A stretch of DNA of 64,000 bases from a virus, in IMG/VR virus record IMGVR_UViG_3300020205_005279, positions 1 to 64,000 of that record. One strand, 5' to 3'. The position numbers were made by a program, and so were the translations under genes. This document shows positions 15,198 to 25,200 of this stretch, in pieces (the first letter of the stretch is position 1; every line of letters starts with the position of its first letter). The notes below the pieces were generated by a model. The model did no database searches. It saw only the letters and a list, made by a program, of their open reading frames with translations, and was not told the origin of the DNA.

Positions 15198-18164
15198 ATG
15201 GGATTTTTTGAAGAGATAAGAGAACTTCGAGACGTTACTACTCGCTCCGTAGAAGTGAGTGGCGGAGTTTATTCCGATCCGTATAATGAGATTGGTACGG
15301 TGGTATCGGTATCGGATCCTAAAAAACTAGGCCGCGTAAAAGTTACCTATCAAGACGGAACAAGTAGCGATTGGATTTATGTTCTCAACGGTAGTAATAA
15401 GGGAGTGCTTAGCGCCCAATTCATTGGCTCGCCTTGCCTAATCGGGAAGGCTAACGGTAACTCTGAAGATGCTTTTGTGCTGGGGTTTTTTAATAAAAGC
15501 CCTGAGGCAGGGTTTCCGGGCGCGGCCTATCAGGTAGCCACGGTCAATCAACAAATTGATGCTTATAGGCCGGCCTCATCGCCGGGGGACCAGGGTCTAC
15601 TTTGCAACGAGGGGAATAGTGGCCGGCTCTATTTATTCGATAGTGAAAACGACCAGGTACTAGCAATTTGCATGCGGCGCGATAGCCGACAACTGGGCGA
15701 AGAGGCAACTTGGTCTTGGAAAACAATTACCCAAGGCAAACTTATTGAGAAGGGAGTTGATCCTGGGGTGCCCGAAGGCACGGCTACTAACGCAGCATAT
15801 GCCGGTAAAACGGGAATACCGCAATGCTCAAAATCCCTTGAGGGGGAAGTATTTGATTTTACCGAAGACCGCAAGTTTCGCAGTTTTCAAATTAAGTGCG
15901 GCAAGGACGAAAATGGGGACTACATATGGACCCCAGTAAGTGCTGCTCCGGTGTTTTTTCGCACGACCCTACCGCCCTGCACAGAGCGTCTTCATGGCAT
16001 GGACGCAATCCTCGACGAGGGTCTCAATTCCCAGGGGATTAAATGTTTACGGTACCAGGGCTCGATGAAATGGATAAATCCAGGCAAAAGAGAACCGATC
16101 CAATTTCACCGTCAAGACCCTCCTAAAACCAAACCTGAGTTTATTAATTCACGTAAGCCTATACCAGCTCTGGCGCAAAAAGCCGCTCCTGCTGCAGGTG
16201 ATTCTGTAGGCAATGCAACCATGGCAGTTTTGGACGAAATTGGTAAAAATATTCCGCCCACCGGCACTGATCCTGCCCTCAAAGCCGCATTAATGTCCGG
16301 TGGGGTACTCCCTCCTGCATTTAACCAGGCCAATTTTCTTTCTAATCTTGCAAAGGTTACAATTGCTAATAACTCTGGGGTAAGTATTGCAACGTTAAAT
16401 TCTTTGCTTACAAACGCTCTTAGCCAGGGAAATGTCATTGATGAGGAACTAGCAGTTGTACTTTCATCTTTGACAAGCGCTGGGGATCTTATTGCCCAAG
16501 GAATACAAAATAATACTCTAGATCGGGCTTTACAAACTGTAGGGCAAAAAGCTCTTAATCAAACACTAAGCACGATCTCTCCAGAGCTCCAGAGTGTATA
16601 CTTATCCTACGCGGCAGGCGGTGTGGTTGGGGCAATTGACTCAGTCGTCATGCTTGGTCTCCCTCAACTCCCTCCAGAGGTGGCCAAATTTGTATCTCCG
16701 ATATTAGACATTGGAACAGACTTTTTTAGAACGCAACCATCTGCTATTAATGATATACTAAATGCAGCCGTGGGGAGGGGAAGTGGACCCATTCAAGATG
16801 TAATTGGTGGACTTGTGAATGTGGTAGGCGGCCAAGGTAACATCTCCGGAAACATAGTCGGAGGCATTACTTCTGCTCTCCAAGGAGGTGGGCTGGGCGA
16901 AGTTGCAGGATTGGTAGGTAATTTTGCTGGGCTTTCAGGAATTCCGCTCCTTGGCGGCCAAGCAGGTATTCCGCAATTGGCCACTACAGCTCTAGAGCTT
17001 GTAGGACTTGGTCAACAACTAAGTGGTATATTAGGAGCTGGTGGAATAGGGCTCGATGCATTAGGAGCGCTTACCGCCCTTAATCCCGTGGCTGGAATTC
17101 TTGGCGGGCTTAAAGGGCTCGGGGGATTGTTTGGCGGCGGAGGCGGTGATTGTCCCTGTGATCCTAAATGCCGAAAAACCAAGCATTCAAAAGATTCGGA
17201 TGGAAATACTTTATTAACAGAGTGTGGTAATGTTATTGCTAACTCCGCCAGTTCATATAACCCCGAAGGGGATATGACAAAAAACAATGAAAACGTTGTT
17301 GCCGAGGTGCTTAGTCTTATCCCCACAGCGGTGGGCGAAGATTTATGTTTCCCGAACCCATTCGATCTTACCCAACTCATTAAATCGGTAAAACGACTAA
17401 ATGAGATGGCCGATCGCATCGACAGTGCTAAAAACGCCGATTGGCCAGAGCTTTGGACGGAACTAATGTACACCTTTGAGGCGGTGGAGAAGGCTTTTAA
17501 ACAAACAGATAACAACATTACAGGCGTAGAGTCAGTAGAACGAAAGCTTATTGACGCTCAACATCGCTTAATTACTAAGATGATGGACGGTAATGGTTCA
17601 TTTTTCTCTAAAGCTTTATTTAGTATTATAGATACCTCTAAGGCCGTACAAGACTTGTATAAATTTGTGCTAAAGTTAAACGCAGTAAAAAAAGGCGGTA
17701 AGGCACCTGTAGTTGTTACACCCTCATTGAAAACTGTATTTGGAAATATAGTAAAAATTGCCACTTTAAACTCCACAAGCAAAGCAGAAGCGGTTAATAT
17801 CCTTTCTAATATTGTGTTACCAGCCGACAAAGAATGGAGAAAATTAGCGCCCGGAGGAGATCTTCTCAATCTCAAGGATGTAATTTTAGGACTAATACCG
17901 GTTGACGTTCCACTCAATTTTGATAAATGTTTAACTAAGCGGAACAAAGACAAGGCTCTCAGGGATTCTCTGGAGTCTAAAATTAATTCACCGGTTTTGG
18001 GTGAACCCCTGTCTCTAGTCGAGGCAAAATTACCACAGAGCATTACCGAGGCCCTGGGAGTACCAGGTACACCCGGAACGCCTGGATCGCCATCTATTAG
18101 GGAAATCTTGGATCAAATTAAATATGACCAGGGTCGGGCGCGCGACGGCCAGGCCGATTGCTAA
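15198..18164 (+). CDS. baseplate spike (gpV/gp5-like OB fold) with a long C-terminal extension
   Basis: 'IGTVVSVSDPKKLGRVKV..SDWI' OB-fold signature, then Cys repeats, a Gly/Leu-rich region and a helical tail. Confidence 0.7.
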   Translation: MGFFEEIRELRDVTTRSVEVSGGVYSDPYNEIGTVVSVSDPKKLGRVKVTYQDGTSSDWIYVLNGSNKGVLSAQFIGSPCLIGKANGNSEDAFVLGFFNKSPEAGFPGAAYQVATVNQQIDAYRPASSPGDQGLLCNEGNSGRLYLFDSENDQVLAICMRRDSRQLGEEATWSWKTITQGKLIEKGVDPGVPEGTATNAAYAGKTGIPQCSKSLEGEVFDFTEDRKFRSFQIKCGKDENGDYIWTPVSAAPVFFRTTLPPCTERLHGMDAILDEGLNSQGIKCLRYQGSMKWINPGKREPIQFHRQDPPKTKPEFINSRKPIPALAQKAAPAAGDSVGNATMAVLDEIGKNIPPTGTDPALKAALMSGGVLPPAFNQANFLSNLAKVTIANNSGVSIATLNSLLTNALSQGNVIDEELAVVLSSLTSAGDLIAQGIQNNTLDRALQTVGQKALNQTLSTISPELQSVYLSYAAGGVVGAIDSVVMLGLPQLPPEVAKFVSPILDIGTDFFRTQPSAINDILNAAVGRGSGPIQDVIGGLVNVVGGQGNISGNIVGGITSALQGGGLGEVAGLVGNFAGLSGIPLLGGQAGIPQLATTALELVGLGQQLSGILGAGGIGLDALGALTALNPVAGILGGLKGLGGLFGGGGGDCPCDPKCRKTKHSKDSDGNTLLTECGNVIANSASSYNPEGDMTKNNENVVAEVLSLIPTAVGEDLCFPNPFDLTQLIKSVKRLNEMADRIDSAKNADWPELWTELMYTFEAVEKAFKQTDNNITGVESVERKLIDAQHRLITKMMDGNGSFFSKALFSIIDTSKAVQDLYKFVLKLNAVKKGGKAPVVVTPSLKTVFGNIVKIATLNSTSKAEAVNILSNIVLPADKEWRKLAPGGDLLNLKDVILGLIPVDVPLNFDKCLTKRNKDKALRDSLESKINSPVLGEPLSLVEAKLPQSITEALGVPGTPGTPGSPSIREILDQIKYDQGRARDGQADC

Positions 18165-18168
18165 TTTT

Positions 18169-19788
18169 ATGAATAAACAACAACTAAACAAAGAAAGAGA
18201 AACAGTAGCGGAGATGGAGAAAAGTCTTTTATTCCTCTCTTCAACTGACAAGCAGGAACTACTTAGGTTGAAATGTCGAACGGACTTTTTGACTTTTGCG
18301 AGATACATAACCTCCGAAGTCCCCATAGCGGGTAAATTTCAACCGTTCAAAGTCCACGAGGTGATCGGAAATTTTTTGCAAAACATTGGGGACGGAAGAA
18401 AAGACTATAAGCAATCCGCGATCTCCTTACCACCACGATCGGGAAAATCACTACTCATATCAAAGGTATTTCCAGCCTGGCAGATGGGAAGGTCGCCAAC
18501 AGCTCAGTTTATTATGAGTTCATATGCGTTACAACTCACCAGTGAAAATTCACGGGCGGTGATTGAGTTTATCTCTCACGAACAGTTTAAGTGGATTTTT
18601 CCGGAATGCGAAATAGACCGCGAAAAATGTAATTTAAGTGCCATAAGAAACAACAATGGCGGACTTATTAAAATTGCCTCGGCTGGTGGTAGTGTTACCG
18701 GATTTGGCTTTGGAACGATCGACGATAGCGAATTACCAGGTGTGGGAATCCTTGATGACCTTTTGGCTGATGGCAATTCCGCGGCGATCATGGAAAGCAC
18801 CTTTGCTTGGACGCAGACCCAGTTTTTAACCCGTGGTCTACCAAACCATGCAATCATTTCAATGGGCACTAGGTTTCACGTAGATGATATTATTGGCCAA
18901 CTTTTAAAGGCCGACCCCGAGCGCTGGAGAGAGCTCAATGTTCCTGCACTATGCGTCGATGAAGAATATGACATATTGGATAGGAAGTTGGGGGAGTCGC
19001 ATTGGCCAGAATTTTTCCCCGTGGAGAACCTTGAGGCAATACGTAAATCAATTGGTGATAGGGACTTTAACTCACTCTACCAAGGTCGCCCTGCCGGAGA
19101 ACAGGGTGCAATTTTTAAAGAGCCGTGGTTGCAATATCATGAAAAAAATCTAGGCCGATATTCTTATATTTACGCAACTATAGATACGGCCTATAAAGCA
19201 GAAACAGTCAATGATTACACAGCGATATGTATTTGGGGATTCGATAAAAAAACGATTAAACTTCACCTAATACACTACGTTTTAGACCGAATTGAGTTTC
19301 CGGAAATGGAAAAACTTCTTCCCCAGCTCATTAAGCAGTGGAAAATTCGGTCCGTTTATATTGAAGGAAGGGCCGCTGGCATGCCCCTAATCCAGACATT
19401 GCGCCGAACCACTAACATTTCGATTAAAGAGTTAGTGCCTTCAAAAGACAAAGTATTACGGGCCAACGCCGTTGCCCCCATTGTGGAAAGCGGCGTGGTT
19501 TCATTATATGAAAACTTGCCCCAACTACCCGAGCGAGTATCCGAACTTACATCCTTTCCGTTTATTAAAAACGATGACTTTGTAGATTCATTCGTGTATG
19601 GAGTCACCGTGTATCGCGATGAGCTTATGGGCTCTGGCACAGTACACGGTGGGGACAGAAACGTTTTACCTAGGCTTGTCCATGATCCATTTTATCGTGG
19701 AGGTAGTAAGCGGGTTTCAACTCAAGTTGGCCTAGTAGGTAGAAATACTAACACTACCACGTCGACTTCCACCACCAGGTACTTATAA
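18169..19788 (+). CDS. terL: terminase large subunit
   Basis: Walker A 'LPPRSGKS', Walker B 'ILDD', 'GTRFHVDDIIG', nuclease 'IDTAYK' and 'NDDFVDS'; ATG 18169 avoids overlap with the spike gene. Confidence 0.93.
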   Translation: MNKQQLNKERETVAEMEKSLLFLSSTDKQELLRLKCRTDFLTFARYITSEVPIAGKFQPFKVHEVIGNFLQNIGDGRKDYKQSAISLPPRSGKSLLISKVFPAWQMGRSPTAQFIMSSYALQLTSENSRAVIEFISHEQFKWIFPECEIDREKCNLSAIRNNNGGLIKIASAGGSVTGFGFGTIDDSELPGVGILDDLLADGNSAAIMESTFAWTQTQFLTRGLPNHAIISMGTRFHVDDIIGQLLKADPERWRELNVPALCVDEEYDILDRKLGESHWPEFFPVENLEAIRKSIGDRDFNSLYQGRPAGEQGAIFKEPWLQYHEKNLGRYSYIYATIDTAYKAETVNDYTAICIWGFDKKTIKLHLIHYVLDRIEFPEMEKLLPQLIKQWKIRSVYIEGRAAGMPLIQTLRRTTNISIKELVPSKDKVLRANAVAPIVESGVVSLYENLPQLPERVSELTSFPFIKNDDFVDSFVYGVTVYRDELMGSGTVHGGDRNVLPRLVHDPFYRGGSKRVSTQVGLVGRNTNTTTSTSTTRYL

Positions 19789-19800
19789 ACAATGTTTATA

Positions 19801-19809
19801 TGGTACAAT
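19801..19809 (+). promoter_or_regulatory. extended -10 promoter TGGTACAAT
   Basis: upstream of the thioredoxin-sigma-nuclease operon. Confidence 0.5.
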
Positions 19810-19849
19810 ATACCTAACGTATCACCTGCAGGAATACTCTCATAATCTT

Positions 19850-20170
19850 ATGACAGACCAACAAGACTTTAAGTATAAAGCAGTTTTCTTTCACCAACCG
19901 GGATGTGTTGCTTGCAATACCATGAAACCTGTGTGGGTAGAAACTGCAAATGAGTTGGCGGAAGAATATCCGCACTATGCAATTGGCTTCGGGGACTGGG
20001 ACGTAACGTCCGACGACTGGGCGTTTTGCGATCAGATCGAATGTGATGGGACCCCTAACTTTGCCATTTTTGGCGAAGAGTCCGAGCTCCTCGGGTTAAA
20101 CACCGCTGGTATATTGGCCAAGACCCAACTCAAAGATTTTATTATTAGCTCCATTGAGCAGGGTAATTAG
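19850..20170 (+). CDS. thioredoxin-fold protein
   Basis: 'FHQPGCVACNTMKP' CxxC and cis-Pro 'GTPNF'. Confidence 0.85.
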   Translation: MTDQQDFKYKAVFFHQPGCVACNTMKPVWVETANELAEEYPHYAIGFGDWDVTSDDWAFCDQIECDGTPNFAIFGEESELLGLNTAGILAKTQLKDFIISSIEQGN

Positions 20171-20171
20171 T

Positions 20172-20924
20172 ATGTCATCTCATGTAAATCTCTCTCCAAC
20201 CAGGATGAGCTGCCGAACAAGTGATCGCGATCGGCACATTGTTTCGCAAGCGTGGAAAGCTAATCAAGTCGCTCGTAAAATTAGTAGTTTTACAGGATTG
20301 CCATACGAAGAACTCCGCGATGCGGCTCTTGAGTACATTGTTCGCATCTACGATTCATGGGATCAAAGCAAAGGTGCTAATTTTTCTACCTGGGTGAATA
20401 GGTGTTTGCAGTTTCACATGTTAAATTATCTTCGCGATAATTCCCGGTTGATAAAAATACCCCGGTCCTATTCAGATTTATATCTGAAAATTCGTAAATA
20501 TACTACCAAAGATCCGAACGTTACCGACGATCAAATTGCTGAAAAAATTCAAGTTCCCGTAAAAAAAGTCAGAGCGGTACGCCAGGCTTTTTCCATGTCG
20601 TTTTCGCAGATAACTGAGTATTCCAATGTTATCGAACCGAACTACGACACAGAATTTACCATAGGGGACTTTATGGAAAATCATCGTGGGCTGTTGCATA
20701 AAATCACGGACCTGGAAGAACCCGACGAAACGTTCCTTACTGATTACTTGGTAAAGAAACGTAGTGTTTCCACCTTGTTACGTAAAAATCCACATTTGCG
20801 TAACGCTGATGATATCAAACGCTATTCAGAGCAACTCATTGAATTTGTATTATGCGACGCATCATATCCCTCCAAGGCGCCGATTACGGCAAAGGCCAGT
20901 TCGAAAAAAAGTGGAGCGAAATAA
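20172..20924 (+). CDS. RNA polymerase sigma factor (SigF/SigB-like, group 3)
   Basis: region 2 'YEELRDAALEYIVRIYDSWDQSKGANFSTW..MLNYLRD..LIKIPR' and region 3 'TDDQIAEKIQV'; start codon uncertain (20154, 20172 or 20205). Confidence 0.88.
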   Translation: MSSHVNLSPTRMSCRTSDRDRHIVSQAWKANQVARKISSFTGLPYEELRDAALEYIVRIYDSWDQSKGANFSTWVNRCLQFHMLNYLRDNSRLIKIPRSYSDLYLKIRKYTTKDPNVTDDQIAEKIQVPVKKVRAVRQAFSMSFSQITEYSNVIEPNYDTEFTIGDFMENHRGLLHKITDLEEPDETFLTDYLVKKRSVSTLLRKNPHLRNADDIKRYSEQLIEFVLCDASYPSKAPITAKASSKKSGAK

Positions 20925-21550
20925 CCTCGGCGACTGAGTGTAATTACTTTGTTCGTGGCGACGACGAGGCATTTCTCAACGAGGTTGTAGACCTTGTTCC
21001 TCAGTGGAAGGCCATCAAGGACCGCGGAGGGGTTCGTTATAAGATTAGGAATAAAAAGTTTCAGGGTAAGGCTGTGAGGGGAGCCGTAATGGTCACCCCT
21101 AGGTCGAAGAGTGAAATATGGTTGGGGAAGGGTAAGGTGGTAGATGCACTTTTTCCTAAAAAAGTAGAGACGCCCGTCTATGTGCAAAATAAACGCGAGG
21201 CGTTAATGGCCATGAGGCAAATCATAGATCCACAAATAAAAGCATATAGGCAAAGCGTTCTTCGCCAACTCAAAAAGAAACCGCTAAAATGCCCTATATC
21301 CCACGACTTTTTAGAAGCGACTGAGTTTCATATCGACCACAAATACCCCTTTAAGAACCTAGTTGAAGAGTGGTGTAGGGATGTGCATGTAGACTTGGAA
21401 AACTTACAAGTTTATTGCCGTGGCACTAAATGTTATATGAGAGACACAGATCTAGCAGAATCGTGGTTTGATTTTCATATGATGAATGCGCAGCTCCAGG
21501 CACTCAGCGCCGAGGAAAATCTAAAGAAGGGTTCTAAGTACTACGGTTAG
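20852..21550 (+). CDS. DCL/DUF3223-like protein with a C-terminal HNH-like domain
   Basis: 'AMRQIIDPQIKAYR..CPIS..HIDHKYPFKNL..WFDFH..LQALSAEENL'. Confidence 0.5.
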   Translation: MRRIISLQGADYGKGQFEKKWSEITSATECNYFVRGDDEAFLNEVVDLVPQWKAIKDRGGVRYKIRNKKFQGKAVRGAVMVTPRSKSEIWLGKGKVVDALFPKKVETPVYVQNKREALMAMRQIIDPQIKAYRQSVLRQLKKKPLKCPISHDFLEATEFHIDHKYPFKNLVEEWCRDVHVDLENLQVYCRGTKCYMRDTDLAESWFDFHMMNAQLQALSAEENLKKGSKYYG

Positions 21551-22239
21551 CGACGTTTGCGCCCACTGGTTTTTTTCTTCTGCGAGCTGGAATCGGTTTG
21601 GGCGGTGAAGCCCACACCAGCCATCTTAGGCTGAGACTTACCAACAAATTTTAACATTGCTAGATCATCGCTCAGATCAACATCGCCAAAGGTTAGTTCA
21701 AAAATCTCAATGGCGGCTTTGGCCATCATATCCTCGAGCCCTTGTGTGGTCTTATCGCCAGTTAACCAGGGCTTTCTTTTATCTACATTGGCCGCATAGC
21801 CCATACGATTTGCCACCTCGTAGATGCCTTGGCCCTTACGTCCGACATAATGCCCACCATATAACCTGCCCGTAATAATTCTAACACCTTCCTCCTTATA
21901 CCTTTTTTGTAAGTATTGGATTACTGCCCCGTCTGGGTTCTGTTTTTCAATATAGATTTCTAGTTCTTTGATAGCGGACTCGGCCTTGGAGATTAGTGCT
22001 TCGCCAGGTTTGCCTCTGAACTCAACATCAACGCTTGCCTCGCCTAACGCTCTGACATATTGCGAGAGATTGTACTCAACCTCCCTGGAGTATTGTTCGG
22101 CAACGTGGGCTAACATAGCCTCCCTGGCGCTCCGCATTGACTGCTCGAGGAGTTGGGATTTGGCGGTTTGGATAATGTCCTTTTTGGCCGATTGGAGCAC
22201 TGAGCCCATAATCGCTGCGGCCAGGGCCTTATAGATCAT
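21547..22239 (-). CDS. hypothetical protein, possible neck/tail-completion (HK97 gp10-like) protein
   Basis: 'ITGRLYG..EVANRMGYAANVDKRKPWL' resembles TGxL..YA..V..P. Confidence 0.4.
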   Translation of the reverse strand: MIYKALAAAIMGSVLQSAKKDIIQTAKSQLLEQSMRSAREAMLAHVAEQYSREVEYNLSQYVRALGEASVDVEFRGKPGEALISKAESAIKELEIYIEKQNPDGAVIQYLQKRYKEEGVRIITGRLYGGHYVGRKGQGIYEVANRMGYAANVDKRKPWLTGDKTTQGLEDMMAKAAIEIFELTFGDVDLSDDLAMLKFVGKSQPKMAGVGFTAQTDSSSQKKKTSGRKRR

Positions 22240-25200
22240 GGGGTTGGTTTATTGCACTTAATTTTGTTAAAATAAGACCTGGCGGCTGGAGATCGATTTC
22301 CAACTTCAAACTCTGGATTGGCTGGTACTTCAAACTCCCTCATAAAGTACTCCATGGCTTCCTCGGGAGTTTTTGCATTATTCATTTTATTTACGGTTGA
22401 TTTATATGTAGTCTGGAGTTCTCCTTTCAAAAAACTTAATTGCTGATCTAATGAGCAATTTCTTCCACACTTGTACGTAGAAGCAAGAGCATCTGCCCTA
22501 CTACCGCACCATTGAACAAGACCATACGCTGTACTTCCTAAGATTCTTGATCTTGATTCAGGGCGAGTACATCCGTTACCGGCTCTTGAAGTATTATGGA
22601 TATTAAAATTGACTCCACTTTCTTTTTCCATGTTTGCCAGAACTCCAGCAAAACCATTTTGAGTTTTTAGCCCGGAGGAATATAAGGCGTTAATTATTGC
22701 ATCTTGAGTTGGATTGCCAGTTTGGCAATTTGCGGCGGGGAAAGAGCCCTGGGTATTGGCAGGGGTGGTGGTGTCTGGGCCTTGGGCCGCGGCCTGGGAC
22801 CAGTATTGGGCCTCACCGCACAACTCCTCAGTAGAGTCTTTACCATTCTCCGTCTTCCAGTGCAAATCGCCAAGCGATCTCATATATCCATAGTAGTCCG
22901 TTGTATTTTTTAATTCCCCGGCGTTTCTCATAGAGGCCAAGTAGTTGGGGAAGGTCGGGGCTTTGATATCCCGAGTACCCCAGGCACTTCGGCCTTCCAG
23001 GTCTACGCGAAGGTCCCCGTCTCTCCACTTATATTTACACTGGGTAATAAACCAGTTCTTGAATCTACTAGGAATCCAGATGCCAGGGTCGGTGCCATTA
23101 TCATCTCCACGTGGCCCGCCATTCTCCACCCATGAGTCGTAGTCGGATATGAGTGACAAGATGGTTCGGCCAGGGATAATGCGCAGCGATCGTGGAACGC
23201 CCTTAAACCCGGTTTCAAGTGTCAGGCCTTGTGTTGCAGGTGCGGCTTGCATGTTGGGTGAGGTCTTTCCCCCACCCGACGAGGAGCGAAGCCCGGCAAT
23301 GTTTGGCGGAATAGATTGCGGTGCAAGGTGAGCAATAAGAACTTCTCCCTCGGGAGTAGATACTATAACGTGGTTACCAAATCCTCCTCCGCAACCGTCA
23401 CTTAGAGAGTTTTCCTTAGTGCATTTTGTTTCAACAACTTGCTTTACTGAGGCCCCATTAACTGCGTATACTGGTTGACCAGCTTTTTGAAATCCAAAGT
23501 CTATCCCCTTGTGGTTTCTACCGGCGCCATATCCTTGGTTTCTATCTACCGAACCCATGGGCAAATTACCAATTAAAAAGTATTTATTTGCAACGTTTGT
23601 AAGCATTGCTTCCGACCCAGCACTGGGGCCCCCAGAAAATTGAAAATGAACGTGGGGAGCAGAGGAGCGACCTGTACCACCTACCCTACCAAGAAGTATC
23701 CCTTGACTTTCACTAGATGGTTGTTGAGGCGCAGCAGTTCCTGCAGACCTTGCTTTTTCTGCAGCTATGGCTCTCATTGTTGGATCCATGAGTTGCTTGT
23801 AAAGCGCTTCCTTCTGAGCAGGAGTCCCCGAAACAAATATTTTGGTAGTGGGGGCATCCATTCTACCAACTTCGAGAATAGTGCCACCACGATTTGGGAT
23901 ACCAAGACCGTCTCTATGGTTTACGCTAAAGGCCCCGTATGAGGAGGCTAAAGCGTTATCGCTTTGCCAGATGTTTTTTCCTCCACGCGGTGGAATAACC
24001 CCACTCTTTCCCGCAACCTCGTCATTATGAATTTCAATTACTTGTTTTCCAGAAGCTACGGCTTGTTCGGTAATTTTGAATTGACTGCGCGAGTCACTTT
24101 CTGGGATATTAGATGATGGAGGGAAATAAAACTCTGTAAAATCAGAGATGCCATACGATGCGGCATTGCGTTGCGCCCACTTAACAAGTTCTACATTTAG
24201 TGCTCTTTCATTTGGAGCGCCTGAAGGGAAGTCTGCATGCCCTGCCATCAGAAGAACTTTTTTTGGCTTTTGTGTAGTGTTGGCGCTCCAATCTTTAGAG
24301 GTGGCTTTAGGCGCTGGTGGAACTACGTTGGTTGCTGACGCCGGTGCGGCCTTTGGAGCAGCGTCTTTTAACTCTTCTTCAGGCACCGCCCAATCCCACA
24401 CGATCTGGGGGTTGAGGGTAACCAACTCATTCTTAAATCCTTCGATAAAAAACCGCGTGAACTCGGGCTTTTCGGCGGTAGAGGAGCCGATCTCTTGACT
24501 AATTTCCAGGACATCATTTGCTTTAACTTTTACGTTGCTGAGCCCCGTGGTCTCTTGGCGGATTTGACGAGAGAAGCATTTTTTCGTTTCCTGTGTGTCG
24601 CAAGCCTGAAGGAAGAATTTGGTAGAGATGATTACCCTGCCATTAGCAGTGTCGGCCTCACGAACCTTACCACTCAGATAGGAAATTGCGGTGGTACCGT
24701 TGGGCGCAATTCCGAACAAATTGGCGTCTTTTAAACGTTCGTTAATTACTGTAATGCCACCACCTGCCTGTCCTGCGGCGGGTTTAGAGTCTTTCCAAGC
24801 AAATCCGGTTAGTCGTGGTGCGCCTTTAATGTGTGGAGATACTGGCTCGAAGAGTTGGGGGAAGGCAACTTTCTTTACCTTCTCCAAGGCTTTTTTGCGA
24901 CGCTCTGGAGTTATGTTTTGTACGGTATATGAGGATGCGTTGAAGGCCTCGGAAACGTACTGGTCGCCATTGTTGCGGTTTGAGCCCTGCTCAAGATTGA
25001 GCATTAAAAATGTGAGATCGGGCTGACCGTTGATTTCGTAACTTTCATAGAGGCCCTTGCCAAGATAAAATACGGAGCAACCTTGGTCGATCTCGCCCCG
25101 CGTGCACATAGAAATCTTATTGGCATACTCACGAGTGGGAAGAGTGAGAGTATTACCACCGACCGAATCAATAACTTTTTTAATTGCTTCGTCAGGAGTA

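Noticed and set aside
18124-18168. Longer TerL start given in the track
   Set aside because: Overlaps the spike gene by 41 nt; ATG 18169 directly follows the spike stop
635-19788. Introns or inteins in nrdB or terL, given the nearby HNH gene
   Set aside because: Both ORFs are continuous and of normal length, with no intein motifs seen
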